From Aquificota bacterium (GTDB lineage: Bacteria; Thermosulfidibacterota; Thermosulfidibacteria; Thermosulfidibacterales; B14-G1): 64,000 nucleotides of DNA. The translations under genes and the position numbers were made by a program. Location: positions 43,746 through 107,745 of the forward strand of contig WFSL01000022.1 in the NCBI GenBank assembly GCA_015486015.1, read 5' to 3'. This document shows, one piece after another, positions 1 through 8,783 of this stretch (its first letter is position 1; the number at the start of each line of letters is the position of its first letter). Below the pieces are notes generated by a model, which ran no database searches, was not told where the DNA came from, and saw only the letters and a list, made by a program, of their open reading frames with translations.

Positions 1-2572
1 TGACTGTGGAGGAGGGGCCAATCCCCCTCCTCTTTATCCGGGAGGGGATGCCATAACCATAAACCACGTGGCCTTTTCCCACAATAACCACCATCTGCTT
101 CTCAGGATGTTTGGTGAGGTATTCGGCGATAGAGGAAGCCATGCTTTCATCCCATAAGACCTGAGACTCACAGAACGTCTCAAAGTCCCTGATCTCCCTT
201 GTGTTCTTCCTGTGAAGCTTGTATGCCTCTTTGAGGTATTGGCGGTAGCTCTTGTTGGATAGGTCCAGGTGTTGAGGGATCTCCCTCCTCTCTTTCGGGG
301 ACAGGGCCTTGAGGCCCCCTCTTGCCACCTTTTGGACGAGCCCCTTAGGGAGGTTGATAGCTACAATGGGGAGCTGGTGCTTCTTGGCGTAGTCTATTAT
401 TGGCTTGTAGAGCTTGTAGTCGTATCCCCATTGGGAGAAGTATCCGGTCCCCTTTAGGAACTGGGCTGTGGTCAGCTCCCCTTTCAGGTACCGATCTATC
501 ACCTTCTGGGAAGTGCGTGGGAACATCTCCATACCTATGGCTATGTCGTGCCCGTGCTCTACCAGCCAGCGGATGATCCCCAGTTGGGCCATGTGGTGGC
601 CATATTCTCGGTGGTCCTCTCCCAAGAAGATCACACGAGAGGAGGAGACCCCTTGGGCTACTTGTGGGAGCGAGAGAAGCCTGTGCAGATCAACTCCCAT
701 CGCTTCGTTCCCCATAAATGTCTTGATGCCTCGCTGGAAATGAGGCTCCTCCATCTTCACCAGCTTACCTTGAGAGACGGCGAGGATCTGATAGGCCCCT
801 AAGTGGGGGAGTTTTGGGAGGAATTGCTGGGCCTCTTTTTGGGAAGTACTCAACAGCCATGTAATGGTGGCCCCCCTGTGGAAAGGGTTTTCCTGGACCT
901 CCAGGTACAGGCAGCTTTGCTTAGGGGGAGAATGGAAGAGGAGGGATAGATTGGAAGGAAGCTTCCCTAAGTATATCACATTCTCCTTGATCTCCTGAGG
1001 GGTGATCAAGGCGGTTTCCACTTCCCTGTACCCCTTCTCCCTCAAAAAACCCTTAAGGGGGTAGTAGGCAGGGGAGTTGCCCCCCACCATATAGCCCCTT
1101 TCACCCAGCACTCGGGCCACTACTGGTGGATACTCGGGAGGGGTAAGTCTTCTCAGGAGATCGTAGTTGGGATCTATGAGAACCTGTTTGGGCTCCCCTG
1201 CAACTTCCACTTCTGCCTCTGTAGTTTCTCCATCCAAGTTCAGTATGACCTTCTTCCTCCACCTCTCCCCTTCGATTACCACGGGCACTTGAAGGGGAAA
1301 CAGGGGGCCCTTCTCCCTCAGGTTGATGTGAACCAGGTGATCTCCCTTCCCCCTGTTGATGATGTGGATCTTTGCCTTTAGTTGTGGGATGCCTTCCTTG
1401 TTGAGCCATGGGCGGAAGAAGCCCGTGAGGTCTTCCCCTGATGCCTCTTCCATGAGGCGCTCTATGTCCTCCCATCCGGCTTCTCTGAAGAGGAACTCCT
1501 TGTAGAGGTTTGAGAGGGCCCTGAAGAAGGGCTTGTCCCCTATCCTCCTTCTCAGCATGTGAAAGACCATGGTCCCCTTGCCGTAGCCGATGGCCTGGGA
1601 GGCACGACTGTATCTCTCTCGGAATCGGATAAGGGGAAACTCCCTCTCGGGGGTGACGTATGCTTGGTAGTTCAAGAGGATACGGTGACGGTACCGCCAT
1701 CCCTCACCCTCCTCTTCTGCCATGCGTTGGTCTGCCAGATAGCTCACCAGTCCCTCGCACCAGTTGCCGCCCTTTACATAGACCCCATTTCCGAACCAAT
1801 TGTGGAGGATCTCATGGGGCAGGGAGGAGCGCAGGATGAAAGGAAGGCGAATCACATGGCTTCCCAACAAGGTGAAGGTGGGAAAGGCATATCCCGTTTC
1901 GCCAAAGGGGTTTACCACCACGGCCATGCGCCGGTAAGGATAGGTGCCTATGAGGTGGCTGTACTCTTTGAGGTACTGGGCCATGGCCAGGAGGTAGCGA
2001 TGGGCAAGGTGCTCATCCCTTTTCAGCAAGTAGACTGCCAGGGTTGTCCCGTGGGCTCTGGCCCTGAAGACGTGGTAGGGCGCCGCTACCAGGGGCATGC
2101 CTTTGCAGGGGTAAGGGAAGAAGAAGGTGTATGACACCTGCCCCTTTATGGGGCGGGCCTCTAACTTGTCCATGGGGGCAATAGGAATGAGACCCTTGGG
2201 CAAGGAGATGGAGACCCTGTATCGGGATAGCCCAACTGGTTGGGGGAACCAAGCTCCTGTCAGCACAATGCCCTCTGCCCCTATGTATCCCTTTGGTGAG
2301 GGGGCCTGAAAGGTGGTGGTGAAGTCGTAGGATGACCCTTGGGGGGAGGGCCTAAATGTCACACAGGGGGCTGCTGTTATTTGAACCCTCGCATGGGGGG
2401 GAATGAGGATGGTGACCCTTCCTGTCACCCTGTGAGTGCTCAGATCGAATTGGGCGGAGACGGTTACCTGGGGGAGGTCCTCCACGAGGGCTTGGGCCTT
2501 GAGAGGGAGGATCAGGAAGGATGCCAAAGTCAATATCACCAAGTTTTTTGCTTGGGGGATGCGGATGCTCAT
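1..2572 (-). CDS. Exported M1-like (gluzincin) metallopeptidase fused to a C-terminal ChaN/Tiki-type domain; the C-terminus runs off the window
   Basis: Absent from the ORF track because there is no stop in the window. Manual translation from the ATG at 2572-2570 stays open to position 2. It starts with a signal-peptide-like MSIRIPQAKNLVILTLASFLILPLKAQA. It has the zinc motif HEILHNWFGN...NWCEGLVSYLAD. The C-terminal part reads VIFLGEDHREYGHH...AIGMEMF...PIVAINLP...VVIVGKGHVVYGYGIPSR, typical of the ChaN (Cofac_haem_bdg) family. Confidence 0.75.
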   Translation of the reverse strand, partial: MSIRIPQAKNLVILTLASFLILPLKAQALVEDLPQVTVSAQFDLSTHRVTGRVTILIPPHARVQITAAPCVTFRPSPQGSSYDFTTTFQAPSPKGYIGAEGIVLTGAWFPQPVGLSRYRVSISLPKGLIPIAPMDKLEARPIKGQVSYTFFFPYPCKGMPLVAAPYHVFRARAHGTTLAVYLLKRDEHLAHRYLLAMAQYLKEYSHLIGTYPYRRMAVVVNPFGETGYAFPTFTLLGSHVIRLPFILRSSLPHEILHNWFGNGVYVKGGNWCEGLVSYLADQRMAEEEGEGWRYRHRILLNYQAYVTPEREFPLIRFRERYSRASQAIGYGKGTMVFHMLRRRIGDKPFFRALSNLYKEFLFREAGWEDIERLMEEASGEDLTGFFRPWLNKEGIPQLKAKIHIINRGKGDHLVHINLREKGPLFPLQVPVVIEGERWRKKVILNLDGETTEAEVEVAGEPKQVLIDPNYDLLRRLTPPEYPPVVARVLGERGYMVGGNSPAYYPLKGFLREKGYREVETALITPQEIKENVIYLGKLPSNLSLLFHSPPKQSCLYLEVQENPFHRGATITWLLSTSQKEAQQFLPKLPHLGAYQILAVSQGKLVKMEEPHFQRGIKTFMGNEAMGVDLHRLLSLPQVAQGVSSSRVIFLGEDHREYGHHMAQLGIIRWLVEHGHDIAIGMEMFPRTSQKVIDRYLKGELTTAQFLKGTGYFSQWGYDYKLYKPIIDYAKKHQLPIVAINLPKGLVQKVARGGLKALSPKERREIPQHLDLSNKSYRQYLKEAYKLHRKNTREIRDFETFCESQVLWDESMASSIAEYLTKHPEKQMVVIVGKGHVVYGYGIPSRIKRRGIGPSSTV

Positions 2573-2604
2573 CTTTTTCGCCTTGGTCTTTTAAGCTTTT
2601 TAGG

Positions 2605-2633
2605 TTGGCCTGGGGCCTTAGGCCCCAGGCCAA
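2605..2633 (-). terminator. Perfect 13-bp stem / 3-nt loop hairpin between the abfD stop and the peptidase start
   Basis: TTGGCCTGGGGCC-tta-GGCCCCAGGCCAA. GC-rich stem 12 nt downstream of the abfD stop. No clean U-tract follows it on the minus strand, so terminator function is tentative. Confidence 0.35.
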
Positions 2634-2644
2634 AAGTTGGGTGG

Positions 2645-4099
2645 TTAGTCCTGGATATTAAGGATCTTTTTGACTAATGCCACCTCCTTGTCATAAGTGA
2701 CTGCCCTGCCCAGCATGATCTTCTGGGCCATGATGGGGCCTGCCCCATGGTAGGTGCCAACTCCATGCAACCCTGCAGTCCAGTTTTGCAGGAGTTTGGT
2801 CAGCCTCATGATCTTTTCTGCCCCTGCTGACGAGCCAAAGCTCAGGTACTCTTTTACGTATTCCTTAGTCTCGGGGTTCTTCAGCTCCCTGATGGAGGGC
2901 ATAGTGACTACCAATCCTCCTCCGATGTCGCCTGCCAACTCCATCACCCTCCAGAAGTAATGGCACACGTTCAGTTTGGAGATGTTGCCCATCACCTCGT
3001 CGGGCAGAAAGACGCCGGAGCCAGGAGGGTCCTCCTTCCCCAAGTTGGCAGCAGCCAGACCGCAAGCCCTGGCCGTCTCCTTCATGACCACCATCTCCAG
3101 GATCTCGTCGTTTATGTGCCTGGCCTTGGTCAGCCCCTTGTACTCCTGGAGCAGTTTGCATGCGCCCACGATGATGTTCATAAACCCGACCTTGCATGTG
3201 CCGCCGCAGGTCATCCTGTGGGTCCTGGCAAACTTCTCCACGAATTTCCCTGCGTATTCCACCTCTCCGCAGGAAAAGACCCTCTCCCAAGGGACAAAGA
3301 CGTTGTCGAAGACGATCATGCTGGTCTCCCTCTCGCCGAACACGGGGTTGCCCAATTCATAGATGTCCTCTGCCTGCTCCCGTTCTGCGGAATAGGGGGT
3401 GTACTGGCAGATGTAGGTGAGCCCCTCGGTATCGGTGGGGATGGCGAAGGCTACGGCATAGTCCTCCTCCCCGGGGTAATGGGCCATCTGGGGAAGGACT
3501 ACTACCTCATGACTGGCGTATGCCCCGGAAATGTTGATCTTGCAGCCCCTCACCACGATCCCATCAGACTTTTTCTCCACTACCTTCAGGGAGAGGTAGG
3601 GGTCTGGCCAGTCTAAAAGCTTCTTGTCCCTGGGTCCCCTGGGCTCTGTCAGGGCCCCTGCCACGGCGAGGTCGTTCTTCTGTACATACTTCAGGTACTC
3701 TAAAAATCTGGGGAAGTAGGATGTACCAAGCTTGTGGTCCATCTCCCAGGTGGTGGACCAGAGGGAGTGAAAGGTATCCAGTCCCACGCATCTGTAAATA
3801 CATGTGCCCAGGTTCTCTGCCGTGAAGCATCCGGCGTTGGCCTTGGCCACCAGGTCTTCTACGCTTTGGCAGACATGGGTGTAGCGGTTGATAGGTTCGT
3901 TAATGAGGGGTGAGATAGTGGACATAATCTCCTTCGTCTCAGGATCCAAGGCCCAGGCGTAGCTGGCCTTGTTGGCCTCCACTACGGTCCGGGTGATAGG
4001 GTGATCCAGGATGTCTTCTATCCTCTTGCCGTTCATGAAGATCCTGAGCTTTCTACCTCTTATGCTCTCGATAAACTCTTCTGGGGTCTTAAGGGCCAT
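2645..4099 (-). CDS. abfD: 4-hydroxybutyryl-CoA dehydratase / vinylacetyl-CoA isomerase-like protein
   Basis: 484 aa in the HpaB/AbfD fold family. C100-x3-C104 (GTCIYRCVG) and THRMTCGGTC (His294, Cys298, Cys302) fit the [4Fe-4S] ligand pattern of AbfD rather than flavin monooxygenases. Confidence 0.65.
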   Translation of the reverse strand: MALKTPEEFIESIRGRKLRIFMNGKRIEDILDHPITRTVVEANKASYAWALDPETKEIMSTISPLINEPINRYTHVCQSVEDLVAKANAGCFTAENLGTCIYRCVGLDTFHSLWSTTWEMDHKLGTSYFPRFLEYLKYVQKNDLAVAGALTEPRGPRDKKLLDWPDPYLSLKVVEKKSDGIVVRGCKINISGAYASHEVVVLPQMAHYPGEEDYAVAFAIPTDTEGLTYICQYTPYSAEREQAEDIYELGNPVFGERETSMIVFDNVFVPWERVFSCGEVEYAGKFVEKFARTHRMTCGGTCKVGFMNIIVGACKLLQEYKGLTKARHINDEILEMVVMKETARACGLAAANLGKEDPPGSGVFLPDEVMGNISKLNVCHYFWRVMELAGDIGGGLVVTMPSIRELKNPETKEYVKEYLSFGSSAGAEKIMRLTKLLQNWTAGLHGVGTYHGAGPIMAQKIMLGRAVTYDKEVALVKKILNIQD

Positions 4100-4205
4100 G
4101 ATACACCTCCGCGGAATTTAGTTTCAAATGTGAAAATACCTCACAAACAGAAAAAAGTAAAGCTCTCCACAAGAGATCTCAATGGGTGCCCCCGGCGATG
4201 CTCAT

Positions 4206-5246
4206 CTATACCATCTGTGGGGGGGTCAGTAAGCCCATGGTCTCCGGATATCCACACATAAGGTTCATGTTCTGTACAGCCTGGCCAGAGGCTCCCTTCA
4301 TCAAGTTGTCTATGGCGGAGGTGATCACTATCACCCCGGTCCTCTCGTCCCACACCAACCCTATGTCACAGAAGTTGGAGCCCTTTACACTGTGCGTGTT
4401 CGGCATCTCTCCGGGGGGAAGGACCCGAACGAAGGGGGAGGCTGCATAGAAGGAGTCGTAGAGCTCGTGAATCTCTTCTATACTGAGGGCGCGTTGCTCC
4501 ACTTGTGCATAGACGGTGCTGAGGATCCCCCGGTTCATGGGTGCTAAGTGGGGAGAAAAGAGGATATGGGGTCTGACGCCGGAGAAGGCCTCTAAGGCCT
4601 CCTCCATCTCTGGTTGGTGACGGTGCTGACCGATGGAGTAAGGGGAGAAGGACTCATTGCACTCTGGGAAGTGAAACCGCTGGGCAAGCCTCCTCCCTCC
4701 CCCCGTCACCCCGGACTTGCAGTCTGCCAGTACGGGGGAGAGTCGGAGCCATTGTGCCTTGAGAAGGGGCGCCAGGGCGAGGACCACCCCTGTGACATAG
4801 CATCCAGGGTTGGCCAGAAGCCTTGCTTGGGCAATGAGAGAAGAGAAGAGCTCTGGGAGACCAAACACTGCCTCTTTTAGCAGGTCCGGGGCACGGTGTT
4901 TTATATGATACCATCTCTCGTACACTGCAGGATCTTTGAAGCGGAAGTCCCCGGACAAGTCAATTACCCTCACCCCTGCGCTAAGCAAGGCCGGAGCAGC
5001 CTCCATGCTGGAGCCGTGGGGGAGGCAGAGGAAGGCAAGTTCTGCCCTTTTGGCTATCATCTGAGGATCCATTGCTACCAGGGCCTCGTCGTACACCCCC
5101 CGAAACGCTGGGAACACCTCGGAGAAGGCCCTTCCCTTGTAACTCTCGGATGTGGCCATTGCCACTTCTACCTCTGGATGCAGTGTTAGGATCCTCATAA
5201 GCTCCATTCCTGTGTATCCTGTGGCACCTACCACGGCCACCTTCAT
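4206..5246 (-). CDS. argC: N-acetyl-gamma-glutamyl-phosphate reductase
   Basis: 346 aa. N-terminal MKVAVVGATGYTG and active-site NPGCY motif. ATGA overlap with the upstream gene. Confidence 0.9.
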   Translation of the reverse strand: MKVAVVGATGYTGMELMRILTLHPEVEVAMATSESYKGRAFSEVFPAFRGVYDEALVAMDPQMIAKRAELAFLCLPHGSSMEAAPALLSAGVRVIDLSGDFRFKDPAVYERWYHIKHRAPDLLKEAVFGLPELFSSLIAQARLLANPGCYVTGVVLALAPLLKAQWLRLSPVLADCKSGVTGGGRRLAQRFHFPECNESFSPYSIGQHRHQPEMEEALEAFSGVRPHILFSPHLAPMNRGILSTVYAQVEQRALSIEEIHELYDSFYAASPFVRVLPPGEMPNTHSVKGSNFCDIGLVWDERTGVIVITSAIDNLMKGASGQAVQNMNLMCGYPETMGLLTPPQMV

Positions 5247-6055
5247 CCCTTCTCCACCTCCCGGAGGTTACTTGTAGTCCATACTGTACCATCGGGCTTG
5301 AAGAAAAACCTGCCCCCGTATGGGTCTTCAGGGACATGGGTTAGGAACCCTGCCCGCACTAAGTCCTGGAGCGTATGGGGGAAGGCCCTGTACTTCCTCT
5401 GGTACTCATTGGCGAGCCTCTCTATCCTTTCCATGATGGTAAGGGCATCGAGGCGCTTCTTCACAGGGCCCCTAAGCATTGGATCCCTGAGGGTACGGTG
5501 GAGGCCCCGGAGGTATACAATAGCGGCGGAGAATCGCCCCTTCTCTGAGTAAAGCCTGGCAACCAAGAGTGGGAGGTAAGGTGGGGCCTCTGGAGATTGG
5601 GTGGCCATGGAAAGGTACCTGGCCCCTTCTACCGGCTCCCTTTTGAAGTAGAAGTAAAGGAACCCTAAGTAAAAAGGGATCCTCCAGTCCCAGTATCTGT
5701 GCTCCAGCCCCTTCTTCAGTATAGATATGGCCTGGTCGAGCTCCCCCTTCCAAGGCAGCACATTGCCTGCAAAGTAGTACGGTTCTAAGTAGTGTGGGTC
5801 CAGCTTTGCAGAGAGGGCGAGGGCTCCGGTCATCCACTTTACCTGGGCGGGGGTGGATGGGCCGGGTCCCCCGTATATCTGGGCCACCTTCGCAATGTAG
5901 TAGTCAGAGAGGAGGGCCTTGAACTCTACAGTAGAGAGGAGGGCCACCTCCTTCTTAGGGAGAGGGGGGAGGTAGCCCCCTGTCACTGGCGAGAGGACCA
6001 AGTGGAGCCAGTGGGTGAGGAGGAGTAACGGGAGGGTCAGTATCCCCTTCTTCAT
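5243..6055 (-). CDS. Exported helical-repeat (TPR-like) protein coupled to the ABC-2 transporter
   Basis: The ORF track starts at 6115. The ATG at 6055 gives the signal-like MKKGILTLPLLLLTHWLHLVL and an ATGA overlap with the permease stop. The C-terminus has LVRAGFL..VPEDPYGG..F, a motif common in periplasmic proteins. Confidence 0.55.
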   Translation of the reverse strand: MKKGILTLPLLLLTHWLHLVLSPVTGGYLPPLPKKEVALLSTVEFKALLSDYYIAKVAQIYGGPGPSTPAQVKWMTGALALSAKLDPHYLEPYYFAGNVLPWKGELDQAISILKKGLEHRYWDWRIPFYLGFLYFYFKREPVEGARYLSMATQSPEAPPYLPLLVARLYSEKGRFSAAIVYLRGLHRTLRDPMLRGPVKKRLDALTIMERIERLANEYQRKYRAFPHTLQDLVRAGFLTHVPEDPYGGRFFFKPDGTVWTTSNLREVEKG

Positions 6056-6867
6056 TTCATTTCCCTCTTTTTGAAGATAAAGGTGGCCAGGATGAGGAGG
6101 GCGAGGATGTAGCATATGGCATACAAGGCAGTCTTCATGAGCCTCAAGGGTGGGAGGGGGAGATTGTGCACGGCGGCGGCCTTCAGATCCAGGAGCGATA
6201 GATCGGGGAAGATATAGAAGGCCCCCATTGCCAGTGCCTTGAGCACGGGGGAGGTGCGCTGGCCTAAGGGGCTGTGGAGTATCTCCGATACCTGATGGGT
6301 GCTCTCCCCCACCAGATACACAGCGAGGGTTAGGAATAGGGCGAGGAGTGGGGAACTGGCGAAGCTGGAAAAGAAGACAGAGAGCGCCAGGATGAGGCTG
6401 GCCTCCAGGAAGATGAATATGGAGGCCAGTACCAGCTTCCCCCAGGCAATTTGGGGTGGGAAGTAGAGGCGTGAGGTCTTGTAAAAGTAGAAGGTGGCCA
6501 CCAGCATGAACAGGGTAATAAATGCAAGAGAGAGCCCCACTAATGCCACCAATCCACCGTATTTCCCAGCTATATAGCTTCCCCTTCCCATAGGCTTGGA
6601 CAGCACCATGTAGATGGACCGCTTGTCCAGGTCTTTGGCTATGAGGTGGGTGCCCATGAAGAAAGCCAGCAGTAGGCCTGTGAATGAGACGGCAGAAAGC
6701 CCCAGGTCCTGGGTGACCTTCAGGATGTTTCCTATGGAGAGATCGGCAATGACTCCCGAGGCAATGAGCAGGAGCAGTGCGAATGTCATGATGCCCATGA
6801 AGGCCCTCTCCCGCATCCCCTCCTTTAGGGTGACCCAGGCTAAGGCAATTTCAGCCCGCGGTTTCAC
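6052..6867 (-). CDS. ABC-2 type transporter permease
   Basis: 271 aa and polytopic (about 6 hydrophobic segments). The GTG start is preceded by AAGGAGGT. It overlaps the ATPase gene by 17 nt. Confidence 0.7.
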   Translation of the reverse strand: MKPRAEIALAWVTLKEGMRERAFMGIMTFALLLLIASGVIADLSIGNILKVTQDLGLSAVSFTGLLLAFFMGTHLIAKDLDKRSIYMVLSKPMGRGSYIAGKYGGLVALVGLSLAFITLFMLVATFYFYKTSRLYFPPQIAWGKLVLASIFIFLEASLILALSVFFSSFASSPLLALFLTLAVYLVGESTHQVSEILHSPLGQRTSPVLKALAMGAFYIFPDLSLLDLKAAAVHNLPLPPLRLMKTALYAICYILALLILATFIFKKREMK

Positions 6868-7768
6868 TTCCTACCTCCTTCGCGAAGATCTCTTCTAAAG
6901 AGCATCTCCTTTTTTCTAAGGAGTAGATGGGGAGGTTGCAGCCCCTCACTGCGTCCATCACCTCCCACAGCTCATCCTCCTGGATCTCCACCTGGGTGAT
7001 GCGCCCCACCATTGTGGCATGGGTTAAGCCCTTCTCCCTTAGGATCCCTCGATAATCTCCCTCTATCTTCAAGAGCCAGGTGGGGGTGCTGACGATGCGG
7101 GATGGAGTTCCTAAGTACGTGAGGCGCCCCTCCACCAAGATGCCTACCCTATCGCAGATGGCCTCCACGTCATGGAGGATGTGGGAGCTGAAGAAGATGG
7201 TCTTTTCTTGCTTCTTTAGACTCAGTATGAGCTGGGAGACCTCTGCCCTACCTATGGGATCCAGGCCTGACATGGGCTCGTCCATCACAACGATCCTGGG
7301 GTCCCCCATCAGTGCTTGGGCTATCCCCAAGCGTTGAGCCATTCCTTTGGAATATTTCCTTATAGCCATTCTACCTGCATCCTCGAGGCGCACCATCCTT
7401 AGAAGTTCCCACGCCTTCTCTCTACCCTCATTTCCCTCCATCCCTAACAATCTCCCGGTGAACAGGAGAAACTCCTCTCCTGTGAGATGGTCATAGAAAG
7501 AGGGGTTCTCTGGGAGATAGCCTAAGTGCTCCCGGGCCTTGGGGGACCTGGCATTTATACCCATGATCTCCACCCTCCCCTTTGTGGGGAACAGGAGATT
7601 CATTATGATTTTGATGGTGGTGCTCTTTCCGGCACCGTTTGGCCCTACAAGACCGAGGATTTCCCCCTGGTGTACCTCCAAGGAGAGCCCCCTTAGGGCT
7701 ACTATTTTCTCCCTCAGCCCTTTCTTGTAATGCTTGGTGAGATCTTCTATTCTCAAGGCAGCTTGCAC
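6851..7768 (-). CDS. ABC transporter ATP-binding protein
   Basis: Walker A GPNGAGKSTT, signature-like YSKGMAQRL, Walker B VVMDEP. The GTG at 7768 (SD GGGGAG 4 nt upstream, just after the accA stop) is preferred over the ORF-track start at 7795. Confidence 0.85.
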   Translation of the reverse strand: MQAALRIEDLTKHYKKGLREKIVALRGLSLEVHQGEILGLVGPNGAGKSTTIKIIMNLLFPTKGRVEIMGINARSPKAREHLGYLPENPSFYDHLTGEEFLLFTGRLLGMEGNEGREKAWELLRMVRLEDAGRMAIRKYSKGMAQRLGIAQALMGDPRIVVMDEPMSGLDPIGRAEVSQLILSLKKQEKTIFFSSHILHDVEAICDRVGILVEGRLTYLGTPSRIVSTPTWLLKIEGDYRGILREKGLTHATMVGRITQVEIQEDELWEVMDAVRGCNLPIYSLEKRRCSLEEIFAKEVGSETAG

Positions 7769-7769
7769 G

Positions 7770-8723
7770 TTACTCCCCGAACACGCCCATGGCACGCCAC
7801 TTCTTATGGCGTTCTTCGATTAGCTGGTCTGGATCCTTCTTCATGAGTTCTGAGAGGTGACGCCTGATTGCCCTCCTCAAGATAGAGGCTGCCCTTTTGG
7901 GGTCCCTGTGTGCACCACCTAAGGGCTCTTTGACAATCTCATCTATTACCCCCAGCTCAAAGAGATGCTGGGCAGTGAGCCTCATGGCCTCTGCTGCCAC
8001 AGGGGCCTTTTCTGTATCTCTCCAAAGGATGGAGGCACAACCCTCTGGGGAGATCACGGCATACACGGCATTTTCCTGCATCAGTAGTCTGTCTCCTATG
8101 GAGATGCCGAGGGCACCACCACTTCCCCCTTCTCCGGTTATGGAGACCACGATGGGCACTTTCAAGATGGACATCTCATAGAGGTTGTGCCCTATGGCCT
8201 CTGCTTGGCCTCTCTCCTCTGCCCCGATGCCGGGGAAGGCCCCTGGGGTATCCACAAACGTGAGCACAGGGAAGCCGAACTTCTCTGCGAGCTTCATTAT
8301 TCTGAGTGCCTTCCGGTAGCCCTCTGGGTGGGGCATGCCGAAGTTCCTCTCGATGTTTTCCTTTGTGGTTCTTCCCTTCTGGTGGCCTATGATGGCTACA
8401 GTCATTCCCTCGAACCTGGCCATTCCTGCTATTATTGCTTTGTCGTCGGCAAATCTCCTGTCCCCCCTGAGCTCTACAAAGTCTGTGGTCATCTCCCGGA
8501 TATAGTCTAAGGTGTAAGGCCTCATGGGGTGGCGAGCCACCTGGACGCGCTGCCAGGGAGAAAGGTTCGCATAGGTGTCCCGCAGGAGCCTCTTCAGCTT
8601 CTTCTGTAACTTCCTGACGTCTTCCTCCAGATCTACCTGGCTCCCCTGGCCGATGGTCTTGAGCTCAGAGATCTTGTTCTCTAACTCCCGGATGTGTTTT
8701 TCAAAGCTCAGGTATGCACTCAC
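7770..8723 (-). CDS. accA: Acetyl-CoA carboxylase carboxyltransferase subunit alpha
   Basis: 317 aa. Typical AccA N-terminal coiled region and [10 protein letters not shown] motif. Confidence 0.9.
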   Translation of the reverse strand: MSAYLSFEKHIRELENKISELKTIGQGSQVDLEEDVRKLQKKLKRLLRDTYANLSPWQRVQVARHPMRPYTLDYIREMTTDFVELRGDRRFADDKAIIAGMARFEGMTVAIIGHQKGRTTKENIERNFGMPHPEGYRKALRIMKLAEKFGFPVLTFVDTPGAFPGIGAEERGQAEAIGHNLYEMSILKVPIVVSITGEGGSGGALGISIGDRLLMQENAVYAVISPEGCASILWRDTEKAPVAAEAMRLTAQHLFELGVIDEIVKEPLGGAHRDPKRAASILRRAIRRHLSELMKKDPDQLIEERHKKWRAMGVFGE

Positions 8724-8783
8724 TCTGCCTCCTTCTGCCTTGCTGCATAGGTCGGTTGGCGTGTTCCTTTTCTTTAAGGGTGT

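Noticed and set aside
269-2633. About ten short ORFs on both strands in the ORF track (for example 1101-1700 minus, 1559-2134 plus)
   Set aside because: All lie inside, and out of frame with or antisense to, the uninterrupted 857-codon peptidase reading frame that runs off the window. They have low-complexity Pro/Gly/Arg-rich translations typical of shadow ORFs.
2960-3616. 218-aa plus-strand ORF antisense to abfD
   Set aside because: Antisense shadow of a well-supported gene, with no motifs and a biased composition. The same reasoning applies to 16603-17112 (antisense to tyrA), 26522-27799 (three ORFs antisense to ppdK), 37423-38088 (antisense to glyA), 15475-16017 (antisense to selD), 21142-21573 and 40389-40940.
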